From assembly GCA_963843845.1 (NCBI GenBank), contig CAWJMB010000002.1:1152001-1216000 (forward strand): 64,000 nucleotides of DNA, in the 5' to 3' direction. A program made the translations under genes and the position numbers. Source of the stretch: an uncultured Gemmatimonadaceae bacterium. Lineage in GTDB: Bacteria; Gemmatimonadota; Gemmatimonadetes; Gemmatimonadales; Gemmatimonadaceae. Under the pieces are notes generated by a model. That model saw nothing but the letters and a program-made list of their open reading frames with translations. It had not been told where the DNA came from and made no database searches. Position 1 is the first letter of the stretch; every line of letters begins with the position of its first letter. Positions 1-9,228 of this stretch are shown here, one piece after another.

Positions 1-169
1 CGAACAGCTCGCGCGGCTTCCCTTCCTGAAACAGCAGGTCGTTCGCGCCGAACGTGCGCATCGTCATGACGCGCGACAGGCGCCAGAAGTACGCGTCGGG
101 AACGCCGCGCAGAAACGCCGTGGCGCGCAGCCGCTCGCCGACGACGGTCGTGGAGAGAGGTTCGGTCAT
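1..169 (-). CDS. N-terminus of a cyclic-nucleotide-binding (cNMP) domain protein, runs off the window
   Basis: Manual translation MTEPLSTTVVGERLRATAFLRGVPDAYFWRLSRVMTMRTFGANDLLFQEGKPRELF resembles the start of a cNMP domain (LFxEG). Its ATG overlaps the TGA of the upstream GT2 gene (ATGA). Not in the ORF track. Confidence 0.6.
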   Translation of the reverse strand, partial: MTEPLSTTVVGERLRATAFLRGVPDAYFWRLSRVMTMRTFGANDLLFQEGKPRELF

Positions 170-1350
170 GAGCGGGAGGGGGTGGGGCGCGGCGTCTCTT
201 TCGCCGCGATCGTCGAGTGCTGCCACACCTGCCACCGCCCGCGCGCCGCGTTCGACATCGCGATGAGCGGAACCGTCTGCACGCGCAGCAGCCAGCGCAC
301 GCGGTCGGCGAGCTGCCGAACGGTTGCCGGGCGGATCGCCGAGGCGACGCCGACCGCGACCGCGGCGGCGCCGACCAGGAGGGCGGTGGCCGAGGGCGCC
401 GCGACGAGCGCCGCGCCGAGGAGCGAGAAGGCGATGACCGCGACGAGCAGCGGCGTCGCGAGTCGGAGGATCTTGTGAAACAGGAAGTCGATCCAGATGC
501 CGTTGCGCCACGGCACGAGGATCGACGGGCGCACGGCGCAGAGCTGCAGCAATCCGGTCATCGTGCGCACCTTGCGATCGAAGTGCTGCTGGCGCGTGAA
601 GCGCCGATCGTCCACGGCGCGTGCCGCGGTGCACAGTGCGACGCGGTACCCCTGCTGCACGACCTGCATCGTCACGAACAGGTCGTCGCAGATCGTTCCG
701 GCCGGGATCGGCTCCCACAGCGCGCGCCGCATGGCGTAGATCCCTCCCGAGACGCAGATGATGCTGTGGCGCCGGCTCTGCCCCGTGCGCATCGCGACCT
801 CGAACTGCCAGTAACGGTCCATCAGGCCGTCGCCGCTCCGCTCCTGCACGACGAGTCCGGAGACGGCGCCAAGCCGCGCGTCGTCGAGCTGCGCCACGAG
901 ATCGCGCACCGCGTTCTCCGAGAACGACTGTCGCGAGTCGGCGAAGATGAGGATCGGCGTCGTGGCGCGGCGTACGCCGGCATTGAGCGCGGACGCCTTC
1001 CCGCCGGGCGGGTCGCCCTGCACGACCTCCGCCGAGTCGCCGAGGGCGGCGCGGTACTCGGCGAGCGCGTGGGGCGACGTCGCGTCCACGGCGACGAGGA
1101 TCGTCAGGCGCGACGCGGGGAAGTCGGAGGCGCGGAGGTTCGCGACGCGCGTCTGCAAGACGTCCGGCGGCTCGCGCGTCGCGATGACCACCGTCGCGCC
1201 GTCGCCGGTGGCGACCGGCGACGCGTCGACGCCGATCGGGGCCCGCGCGGCGCCGCGTCCCAGCAGCATGAGCAGCCCCGGGTACGCGATCCACGTGACG
1301 CCGAGGAGCACGACGGCGGCGGCGGCGAGCGCGAGGAGGGCGGTGATCAT
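166..1350 (-). CDS. Glycosyltransferase family 2 (membrane-anchored, CESA-like)
   Basis: N-terminal TM, GKASALN, FADS (DxD-like), SGGIYAMRR, CDD motif, C-terminal TMs. Confidence 0.9.
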   Translation of the reverse strand: MITALLALAAAAVVLLGVTWIAYPGLLMLLGRGAARAPIGVDASPVATGDGATVVIATREPPDVLQTRVANLRASDFPASRLTILVAVDATSPHALAEYRAALGDSAEVVQGDPPGGKASALNAGVRRATTPILIFADSRQSFSENAVRDLVAQLDDARLGAVSGLVVQERSGDGLMDRYWQFEVAMRTGQSRRHSIICVSGGIYAMRRALWEPIPAGTICDDLFVTMQVVQQGYRVALCTAARAVDDRRFTRQQHFDRKVRTMTGLLQLCAVRPSILVPWRNGIWIDFLFHKILRLATPLLVAVIAFSLLGAALVAAPSATALLVGAAAVAVGVASAIRPATVRQLADRVRWLLRVQTVPLIAMSNAARGRWQVWQHSTIAAKETPRPTPSRS

Positions 1351-1389
1351 CGGTTCAAGTATAGCGTCGGCTGGAGAGGCGCAGGATTC

Positions 1390-1463
1390 GCGCGGACGGC
1401 GACCGGTGAGCGACCGGGGAGCGACCAGTCGCTCTCCGGTCGCTCCCCGGTCGCTGTCCGCGC
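1390..1463. repeat. Long imperfect palindrome (36-bp arms) made of 11-bp GCGACCGGnGA units, between divergent genes
   Basis: gcgcggacg-gcgaccggtga-gcgaccgggga-gcgac / ca / gtcgc-tctccggtcgc-tccccggtcgc-tgtccgcgc. Three non-Watson-Crick positions, two of them G-U compatible. Confidence 0.8.
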
Positions 1464-1490
1464 TCCGTGAGTGGACGTATACTCTCGCGG

Positions 1491-2666
1491 ATGAGCAACT
1501 CCACCCACGTCACTCGTCGCGGATTCGTCGGCGCGACGGCGGCCGGCCTTGCGTTTCCGCGCATCACCAACGTGCTCGATCGCGCCGCGCCGGACGCGCG
1601 CACTGCGCCGCCCGGTGTGCGGCCGGTCATCGTGTCGTCGGACAACGGCTACACGGCCGACGCGAGCGGCAAGCGCGGCATCCAGGTCGCGTACGACATG
1701 ATCGCGCGCGGCAGCGACCCGCTCGATGCGATCGTCGCCGGCGTGAATGTCGTCGAGCTCAATCCCGACGACCAGTCGGTCGGACTCGGCGGGGTGCCGA
1801 ACGAAGACGGCGTGGTGCAGCTCGATGCCAGCTGCATGCACGGTCCGACGAAGCGCGCCGGCTCGGTCGCGTGTCTCGAAGGGATCGCGACGCCGGCGAG
1901 CGTGGCGAAGGCGGTGATGGATCACACCGACCACGTCATGCTCGTCGGGCAGGACGCGAAGAAGTTCGCGCTTCGGATGGGCTTCACCGAGCAGAACCTG
2001 CTCACCGAGAAGAGCCGCGCGTCGTGGCTGCGCTGGAAGCAGCGCGGCGGCGACGTGCGCAACTGGATCGACACGCGGCCTTCGGCGCGGCGGACCGGTG
2101 CCGTCTTCCAGCCGCACAACGCCTGGGCCGACGACGGCGCCCTCGAGTACACGACGGGGACGATCAACATGAACGTCGTCACCGCGAGCGGGGACATCGC
2201 GAGCGTGACGACGACGAGCGGGCTGTCGTGGAAGATACCGGGGCGAATCGGCGACAGCCCGATCATCGGGGCAGGGCAGTACTGCGACAACACCGTCGGT
2301 GCCGCCGGCTCGACGGGGCGCGGTGAGGCGAACATCAAGGTCTGCGGCGCCTTCCTCGCCGTGGAGTTCATGCGGCAGGGGATGGACCCGGAGACGGCGC
2401 TCATGAAGGTGATGGAGCGCGTCATCGCGATGACGGAGCCGCGACTGCTGAACGAGCGCGGGCGGCCGTACTTCGACCTGCAGTACTACGCGGTCGCGAA
2501 AGACGGACGTTACGCCGGCGCGACGGCATACGAGGGCTCGTCGTTCGCCGTGGCCGACGCGAAGGGCGCCCGGCTGGAGAAGATGGCGTATCTGTACAAG
2601 GCGAGCGAGCGGCCGACGGATCAGCCGATCTCGGGGATGGCGCCACCCGACCCGAAGCGGCCGTAA
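1491..2666 (+). CDS. Tat-exported Ntn-hydrolase, asparaginase type 2 family (glycosylasparaginase/isoaspartyl peptidase-like)
   Basis: TRRGFVG twin-arginine signal; SVGLGGVPN, LDASCM, TTTSGL and PGRIGDSPIIGAG motifs. ATG 1491 chosen because TATACT lies 7 nt upstream. Confidence 0.9.
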   Translation: MSNSTHVTRRGFVGATAAGLAFPRITNVLDRAAPDARTAPPGVRPVIVSSDNGYTADASGKRGIQVAYDMIARGSDPLDAIVAGVNVVELNPDDQSVGLGGVPNEDGVVQLDASCMHGPTKRAGSVACLEGIATPASVAKAVMDHTDHVMLVGQDAKKFALRMGFTEQNLLTEKSRASWLRWKQRGGDVRNWIDTRPSARRTGAVFQPHNAWADDGALEYTTGTINMNVVTASGDIASVTTTSGLSWKIPGRIGDSPIIGAGQYCDNTVGAAGSTGRGEANIKVCGAFLAVEFMRQGMDPETALMKVMERVIAMTEPRLLNERGRPYFDLQYYAVAKDGRYAGATAYEGSSFAVADAKGARLEKMAYLYKASERPTDQPISGMAPPDPKRP

Positions 2667-2686
2667 CGGTTCGTCGCGCGGCGGGT

Positions 2687-4036
2687 ATGAGGCACGTGCT
2701 TCCGACCCGCCGCCGTCTCCTCGTCCTCGCCTGTCTCGTCACCGCGTGCGTCACCACCGCGTGTGATCGCGTCGCCGTCCTGAGTCGAGCCGCGCCCGCG
2801 TCGCCGCGCGATCGCTACGTGCGCGCGCTCGAAGACGCCGGGCTCGCCGCGACGGCGCTCGGTCGCGACTGGATCGCGGCGGGAGCGCGGGCGTTCGGGG
2901 GACCGGTCGGTGCGTCGGTGCCGCTCGCGGAGGAGGGGTATTTCGCGTCGGGCGAGGCCACGGCCGCGGCGTACCGGTTCGTCGCGGCCGAGGGGCGTCG
3001 TGTGCAGATCCGCGTCGAAGCCGACGCCGACTCTGGGACACGGCTGTTCGTCGATCTGTGGCGTGTCGGGCGCGACTCGACTGAGCCGGCGCGGCTGGTC
3101 GTAGCGACCGACAGCCTGCGCACCTCGTTCGCGGTCGAGGCCGACGACGGCGACGTCTGGGTGCTGCGCGTGCAGCCCGAGCTGCTGCGCGCCGCGCGCT
3201 ACATGGTGCGCGTCGAGGCGGGGCCGTCGCTCGCGTTCCCCGTGCTCGGTCGCGACACGCGCGCCGTGCAGAGCGCGTTCGGCGCCGACCGCGACGCGGG
3301 GGCGCGTCGGCACGAGGGGATCGACATCTTCGCGCCGAGGGGAACGCCGGCGGTCGCGAGCGCCGACGGCCGCGTGTGGGTCGGCGACAACCGGCTCGGC
3401 GGGCGCGTCGTGTTTCTCCGCGATCCGGTCCGCGGCCAGTCGCTGTACTACGCACACCTGGACACGCAGCTCGTGCGCACCGGCGACGCCGTGCAGGTCG
3501 GCGACACGCTCGGCCGCGTCGGCAACACGGGCAACGCGCGGACGACGGCGCCCCACCTGCACTTCGGCATCTATCGCCCCGGCCGGCGCGCGATCGATCC
3601 GTTCCCATTCGTCGACACGCGCACTGCGACGGCGCCGGCGCTCGACGCGGATGCGGCGTGGCTCGGACGGTTGGTGCGCGCGCGGAGGGCGACGGCGCTT
3701 CGCGACTCACCGTCGGCGGCGAGCGAAGCGACGCGATCGCTCGCCGCGGAGAGCCTCGCGATCGTCGACGGAGTGGCGGCTGGCGGCTGGCTTCGCGTGC
3801 GGCTCCCCGACGCGTCGACCGGCTACGTGGGCGTTCGGTCGATCGAGCGGGCGGACGGCCGACTGGGCACGGCCGCGGTCGCGGCGGGACGCGTGCTGCG
3901 CGAGCGGCCTGACTCGTCAGCTGCTACGACGCTCGTCGCAACGGGTGCGCGGACGGCCTCGGTCTTCGGGCGCTTCGCCGGCTTCCGGCTCGTCGACGTC
4001 GACGGCCGGCGTGGGTGGCTGGCGGACACCGACTGA
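2687..4036 (+). CDS. M23 family metallopeptidase with C-terminal SH3b-like repeats (likely lipoprotein)
   Basis: HEGID (HxxxD), YYAHL and PHLHFG motifs; WLRV...TGYV SH3b-like segment; signal peptide ending in Cys. Confidence 0.85.
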   Translation: MRHVLPTRRRLLVLACLVTACVTTACDRVAVLSRAAPASPRDRYVRALEDAGLAATALGRDWIAAGARAFGGPVGASVPLAEEGYFASGEATAAAYRFVAAEGRRVQIRVEADADSGTRLFVDLWRVGRDSTEPARLVVATDSLRTSFAVEADDGDVWVLRVQPELLRAARYMVRVEAGPSLAFPVLGRDTRAVQSAFGADRDAGARRHEGIDIFAPRGTPAVASADGRVWVGDNRLGGRVVFLRDPVRGQSLYYAHLDTQLVRTGDAVQVGDTLGRVGNTGNARTTAPHLHFGIYRPGRRAIDPFPFVDTRTATAPALDADAAWLGRLVRARRATALRDSPSAASEATRSLAAESLAIVDGVAAGGWLRVRLPDASTGYVGVRSIERADGRLGTAAVAAGRVLRERPDSSAATTLVATGARTASVFGRFAGFRLVDVDGRRGWLADTD

Positions 4037-4060
4037 GTGGGCGTTCGCCAGCCTCGTCCT

Positions 4061-5242
4061 TCATGGCAGCCGCGCCGCGGAGTCGCGCCGGGCGCGCGTC
4101 GTCGTGTCGACCGCCGCTGCCGTGGTCGCGGCCGAGTCGGGGACGGCGACCTCCCCGGCCGCGCTGTCGCGGACGACCCGCCGCGCCGCCACCCGTGCCT
4201 CCCTCGCGCGCGCCGCCCGCACGCGCGCGGAGTCGCGCTTCTCGCGCTCGACCTTCGAGAGGCCCGCCGCCGCGCCGGAGGCTGAGCCGAGGGCGATGGC
4301 GCCGGGAACGTTGCCGATGATCGCCCCCACGATGGCGCCGCCCGTGCCGCCCAACGCTGCCATCCGCGCGACGAGCCAGTGCTGCATCGCCGTCCAGGGC
4401 CAGTGCTTGTGCGGCGGGTTGTCGTCGACGCGATCCTCGCGCGGCGGGAGCGGCGGGAGCGCGGGCGCGCTCGCGAGTCCCGTCGGCGCGTCGGCCGGCT
4501 CGACCTGGCCGGGCGCCGTAGCCTGGACCGTCGGCTCCGCGGCAGCGGTGAGCGGGGGCGCCACCCCGCTCGGTGGCGCCGGCATCACGGGCGCGACAGG
4601 TGTGACGGATGCGACTCGGCCTTGGACCGACGGTCGGGCGGCAGCGGCGGTGGTCCGTTCGCGGCGCGGCGTGGTCGGGCGCGCCGCGACCGGGGTGCCG
4701 CGTGGGCGCGACGGCACCATCGTTCGAGGCGGGGCCGCCGCGGCGGGCGAGCGCGTGGCCGCGCGCGGCGTCGCGGCCACCCGCGACGTCGCATCCGCGC
4801 GTGACGTCGTGTCGGGCGCACTCGCGGTGACGTCGCTCGGCGGTGCGCCGAACAGCAGGGTCGTCAGCCGCTCACGCACCGCCTGCGTGTCGGCGCCCGG
4901 CGGCGGCGATGCGAGGTACCCGCGATAGGCGAGCGCCGCTCGCGGCACGTCGCCCGCCTGCTCGGCGGCGCGTCCGAGGCGGTACCATGTCGCCGGGTCG
5001 TTGTCGGTGCGCGCCGCGGCGCGGGCGATGTAGCCGCGGGCCCCCGTCGTGTCGCCGCGCCGCAGCGCCGCGTCGGCCGAGTCCACGAGCGCGGCCATCG
5101 GCGCGTTCCGCCCCGCGAGGATGCCCACCGACGCGGTCGACGTCGTGACGGTCGGACGCTGCTCGGTCTTCCGTGAGTCGCCGCACGCCGCGAGGGCCGC
5201 GGCGAGGACGAGCGATGTATAGCAGCGATGGTGCGTCGACAT
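4061..5242 (-). CDS. Hypothetical lipoprotein with TPR-like helices, Pro/Ala linker and glycine-zipper-like C-terminus
   Basis: LAAC lipobox, G-rich RBS upstream of ATG 5242, DPATWYRLG...YRGYL TPR-like segment, GGAIVGAIIG zipper. Confidence 0.6.
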   Translation of the reverse strand: MSTHHRCYTSLVLAAALAACGDSRKTEQRPTVTTSTASVGILAGRNAPMAALVDSADAALRRGDTTGARGYIARAAARTDNDPATWYRLGRAAEQAGDVPRAALAYRGYLASPPPGADTQAVRERLTTLLFGAPPSDVTASAPDTTSRADATSRVAATPRAATRSPAAAAPPRTMVPSRPRGTPVAARPTTPRRERTTAAAARPSVQGRVASVTPVAPVMPAPPSGVAPPLTAAAEPTVQATAPGQVEPADAPTGLASAPALPPLPPREDRVDDNPPHKHWPWTAMQHWLVARMAALGGTGGAIVGAIIGNVPGAIALGSASGAAAGLSKVEREKRDSARVRAARAREARVAARRVVRDSAAGEVAVPDSAATTAAAVDTTTRARRDSAARLP

Positions 5243-5505
5243 GCTCCCCTCCGAGAACTGTGAGCGCCGACGGATCTGCCTCGTCGGACCGTGCCACGAG
5301 GCAGGCCGTGTACCATCCGTACGACGCACTGGCGGGTGCCGAGCGGTGTCGCGATCTCGCCAGGCGATCGCGACGCGCTCGCGGCGATCGACGTCGGCCC
5401 GCAGGTCGGCAGGCTCGACGGGGCGAAGACGGAGACGCCGCGTCGCTGGGCGCGGACCGCCTCGCGATAGATTGGGACATTCACCCCACTGTCCGTCGTC
5501 GAGCC

Positions 5506-8001
5506 ATGAACGCCCAGAACGAAGCGCCCGCCCCGTACGAGCCCGCCGCGATCGAGCAGAAGTGGCAGCAGCGCTGGACCGAGCGCGGCACGAACCAGGT
5601 CGATCTGAAGAGCGGGGCGCGTCCCTACTACCAGCTCATGATGTTCCCGTACCCGTCGGCCGAGGGGCTGCACGTCGGGAACCTGTTCGCGTTCACCGGC
5701 GCGGACATCCAGGGGCGGTACCACCGGCAGCAGGGGCACACCGTCTTCGAGCCGTTAGGCTTCGACGCGTTCGGCATCCACTCCGAGAACTTCGCGCTCA
5801 AGATGGGCGTGCACCCGGCGGAGATGACGCCGCGCAACGTCGCGAACTTCCGGCGGCAGCTCGAGCGTGCGGGGCTCATGATCGACTGGCGCTACGTCGT
5901 CGACACGAGCCGGCCGGAGTACTACAAGTGGACGCAGTGGGTCTTCCTGCAGCTGCTCGAGCGCGGGCTCGCGTACAAGAAGCGCGCGGCGGTGAACTGG
6001 TGCCCGAAGGACAAGACCGTGCTCGCGAACGAGCAGGTCGTCGGCGGCGCGTGCGAACGGTGCGGCACGCCGGTCGAGCAGCGCTTCCTCGAGCAGTGGT
6101 TCTTCCGCATCAGTCAGTACGCCGAGCGGCTGCTGAACGACCTCGCGTGGCTCGACTGGTCGGAGACGACGAAGACCGCGCAGCGGAACTGGATCGGGCG
6201 CAGCGAAGGGGCACGCATCGACTTCCTCGTGCCGGACGATGGCGACACGACCGAGGACGAGGAGGCGCCCGGCAATCCGATGGTGATGACCGCCGCGCCG
6301 ATCACCGTGTTCACGACGCGGCCGGACACGATCTTCGGCGCGACGTACCTGGTGCTCGCGCCGGAGCACCCGCTCGTGCAGCGCCTGACGACGGCCGAGC
6401 AGCGCGACGCGGTCGACGCGTACCGCGCGCAGGCCGGGAGGAAGGACCTGATCGCGCGGAAGTCCGCCGTCTCGGCGAAGGAGAAGACCGGCGTCTTCAC
6501 CGGGACGTACGCACACAATCCGGCGACGAACACGCTGATCCCGGTGTGGGTCGCCGACTACGTGCTGATGGACTACGGCACGGGCGCGATCATGGCCGTG
6601 CCGGGGCACGACGAGCGGGACTTCGAGTTCGCGACGCAGTTCGACCTGCCGATCGTGCGCGTCGTCGCGGGCGCGGGACAGGACGCCGAGACGCCGTTAG
6701 GCGGCGCGTACGTCGACGACGACGAGAGCGCGCGGCTCGTGAACTCGGGCCGCTTCGACGGCATGACGGTGGCCGAGGGAAAGCGCGCCGTCGCGCAGTG
6801 GCTGGCCGAGATGGAGCAGGGGGCGCCGGTCACGAATTATCGCCTTCATGACTGGTGCATCTCGCGGCAGCGCTACTGGGGGCCGCCGATCCCGGTGATC
6901 TACTGCGACGCGTGCGGCACCGTGCCCGTGCCGGTCGACCAGCTGCCGGTCGAGCTGCCGTTCACGGAGGACTTCAAGCCGGACGACACCGGCGTGTCGC
7001 CGCTCGCGCGGGTGAAAGAGTGGTATGAAGTTCCGTGTCCGAAATGCGGGGCGTCAGGCCGGCGCGAGACCGACGTCAGCGACACGTTCCTCGACAGCGC
7101 CTGGTACTTCATTCGCTATCCGAGCGCCGATCGCGATGACGTGCCGTTCGACGCGGACGTCACGAAGAAGTGGCTGCCGGTGAACAGCTACATCGGCGGC
7201 AACGAGCACGCGGTACTGCACCTGCTCTACTCGCGCTTCGTGACGATGGTGCTGCACGACATGGGGCACATCGACTTCGAGGAGCCGTTCAGCCGCTTCC
7301 GCGCGCACGGGCTGCTCATCCGCGACGGGGCGAAGATGTCGAAGTCGAAGGGGAACGTCGTGAACCCCGATCAGTACATGGAGCAGTGGGGCGCCGACAC
7401 GCTCCGCACGTATCTCATGTTCCTCGGCCCCTACGAGGAAGGAGGAGACTTCCGCGACGCGAGCATCAGCGGCGTGCGGCGCTTCCTCGACCGCGTCTGG
7501 GCGAGCGTGCGCGACATGACGAGCGACGGAGCCGCAGACGCCGCGGTCCTCCGCAAGCTCCATCAGACCATCCGCAAAGTCGGCGACGACATTCCGAAGC
7601 TGTCGTACAACACCGCGATCGCGGCGATGATGGAGTACGTGAACGTGCTGCGCAAAGCGGAGCGCACGCCGCACCGCGACGAGACGATGCCGCTCGTACA
7701 GCTCGCCGCCGCGTTCGCGCCCCACCTCGCCGAGGAGCTGTGGGAGCGCGCGGGGCACGACGGCTCGGTGTTCGACGCGGGGTGGCCGGCGTTCGACGCG
7801 GCGCTCGCGGCGGAGGACACGATCGAGCTGCCGGTGCAGGTGAACGGCAAGGTGCGCGCGCGCCTGACGGTTCCGAAAGCGATCAGCCAGGACGACGCAC
7901 TCGCCGCGGCGCTCGCCGACGAAGGGGTCGCGAAGTTCGTGAGCGGCGAGCCGAAGAAAGTGATCTTCGTATCGGGGCGGCTGCTGAACCTCGTGGTCTG
8001 A
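5506..8001 (+). CDS. leuS: Leucine--tRNA ligase
   Basis: MFPYPS, HVGN (HIGH), FTTRPDT, GTGAIMAVPGHD editing domain, DWCISRQRYWG, KMSKS, C-terminal VQVNGK. Confidence 0.98.
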   Translation: MNAQNEAPAPYEPAAIEQKWQQRWTERGTNQVDLKSGARPYYQLMMFPYPSAEGLHVGNLFAFTGADIQGRYHRQQGHTVFEPLGFDAFGIHSENFALKMGVHPAEMTPRNVANFRRQLERAGLMIDWRYVVDTSRPEYYKWTQWVFLQLLERGLAYKKRAAVNWCPKDKTVLANEQVVGGACERCGTPVEQRFLEQWFFRISQYAERLLNDLAWLDWSETTKTAQRNWIGRSEGARIDFLVPDDGDTTEDEEAPGNPMVMTAAPITVFTTRPDTIFGATYLVLAPEHPLVQRLTTAEQRDAVDAYRAQAGRKDLIARKSAVSAKEKTGVFTGTYAHNPATNTLIPVWVADYVLMDYGTGAIMAVPGHDERDFEFATQFDLPIVRVVAGAGQDAETPLGGAYVDDDESARLVNSGRFDGMTVAEGKRAVAQWLAEMEQGAPVTNYRLHDWCISRQRYWGPPIPVIYCDACGTVPVPVDQLPVELPFTEDFKPDDTGVSPLARVKEWYEVPCPKCGASGRRETDVSDTFLDSAWYFIRYPSADRDDVPFDADVTKKWLPVNSYIGGNEHAVLHLLYSRFVTMVLHDMGHIDFEEPFSRFRAHGLLIRDGAKMSKSKGNVVNPDQYMEQWGADTLRTYLMFLGPYEEGGDFRDASISGVRRFLDRVWASVRDMTSDGAADAAVLRKLHQTIRKVGDDIPKLSYNTAIAAMMEYVNVLRKAERTPHRDETMPLVQLAAAFAPHLAEELWERAGHDGSVFDAGWPAFDAALAAEDTIELPVQVNGKVRARLTVPKAISQDDALAAALADEGVAKFVSGEPKKVIFVSGRLLNLVV

Positions 8002-8127
8002 GGTCGCGCCCGGGCGTTCAGTCGGTCGGCGAGGCTCGGTGTGCGTCGGGATCGATGACAGGGGAAACCCTGGAGCGCCGCCGCCGTGTCGTATCGAGTG
8101 TTCCACCTCAACACTGGACACCCTCGA

Positions 8128-9228
8128 ATGACCCGAACCACGACCGCCCTCACCCTCATCGCGCTCGCCGTCGCGCTCCCGGCGGCGGCGCAGAACCGCG
8201 ACCGCGAGGTCTACATCCGCCCGAACGGCGGAAGTCCTCGTGGCGTGCGCAGCGCGGCCGACGAGGCCCGGCCCGCGCTCGGCGTCGTGCTCGCGCCGGC
8301 CCGCAGTCGTGCTGACTCGGCCGGCGTTCGCGTCGCCGAAGTCACCGACGGGAGCCCGGCCGCGAAGGCAGGGATCGAGGCCGGCGATCGCATCCTCTCG
8401 ATCGACGGCGTCGCGCTGAAGACCGAGCCTGCGGACGCCGACGATCCGATGTTCGCCGACCTCGCGTCGCGTCGGCTGCAGCGCGAACTCGCGAAGAAGA
8501 CCGTGGGCGACGACGTGTCGCTCGTCGTGCAGCGTGCGGGCGCGACGCGCACGGTGCGTGTCGGGACGGTCGCGTCGAGGGAGATCGCGCCGCCGGCGAA
8601 CGCGTACGCCTACGACTTCGGCCCGGGGGGCGCGCTCCGACTGCGTGACGGCGCGGAGGCGCGCATCTTCATCGACAGCGTGCGCACCCGCCTCGGCCGC
8701 GGCGGGTTCGGCGCGCCGATGGGCTCGTTCGGTGATAGCGATGTGGTGCGCAGGAGCGACCGCGCCGCGTTAGGCATCACGATCGGCACGACGGGCGCTC
8801 GTCGAGACACCCTGGGCCTCTTCGTGAGCGCCGTGACGAGCGACGGACCGGCGGAGCGCGCCGGGATCATCGAAGGCGCACGTGTCGCGAGCATCAACGG
8901 TGTCGACGTGCGGCTGTCGCGCGCCGACGCGGAGGACGCCGAGGCCGCGTCGCTCGTCGCGCGACGCTTCACGCGCGAGCTCGACCGGGCGAAGGCGGGC
9001 GACGACGTCACGCTCCGCGTGTGGCAGAACGGTGCCTACCGCACGGTGACGGTGAAGGCGGCGAAGGCGAGCGACGTGTGGAAGGGCGACGACTTCTCGT
9101 TCTCGTTCGGCGACGGCGGACGCGCGTTCGTGCTGCCGCGCGTCCAGCCGAGGACGATGACCACCCCTCGCCTCCCCATGCTCACCCCTCCGGTCACATC
9201 GAGGGCGCGAGCAGGAGTGCGTTCATGA
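8128..9228 (+). CDS. Secreted tandem-PDZ domain protein
   Basis: Signal peptide (AAA-Q); two PDZ domains (ALGV...GSPAAKAGIEAGD; ALGI...GPAERAGIIEG); no protease domain. Confidence 0.8.
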   Translation: MTRTTTALTLIALAVALPAAAQNRDREVYIRPNGGSPRGVRSAADEARPALGVVLAPARSRADSAGVRVAEVTDGSPAAKAGIEAGDRILSIDGVALKTEPADADDPMFADLASRRLQRELAKKTVGDDVSLVVQRAGATRTVRVGTVASREIAPPANAYAYDFGPGGALRLRDGAEARIFIDSVRTRLGRGGFGAPMGSFGDSDVVRRSDRAALGITIGTTGARRDTLGLFVSAVTSDGPAERAGIIEGARVASINGVDVRLSRADAEDAEAASLVARRFTRELDRAKAGDDVTLRVWQNGAYRTVTVKAAKASDVWKGDDFSFSFGDGGRAFVLPRVQPRTMTTPRLPMLTPPVTSRARAGVRS

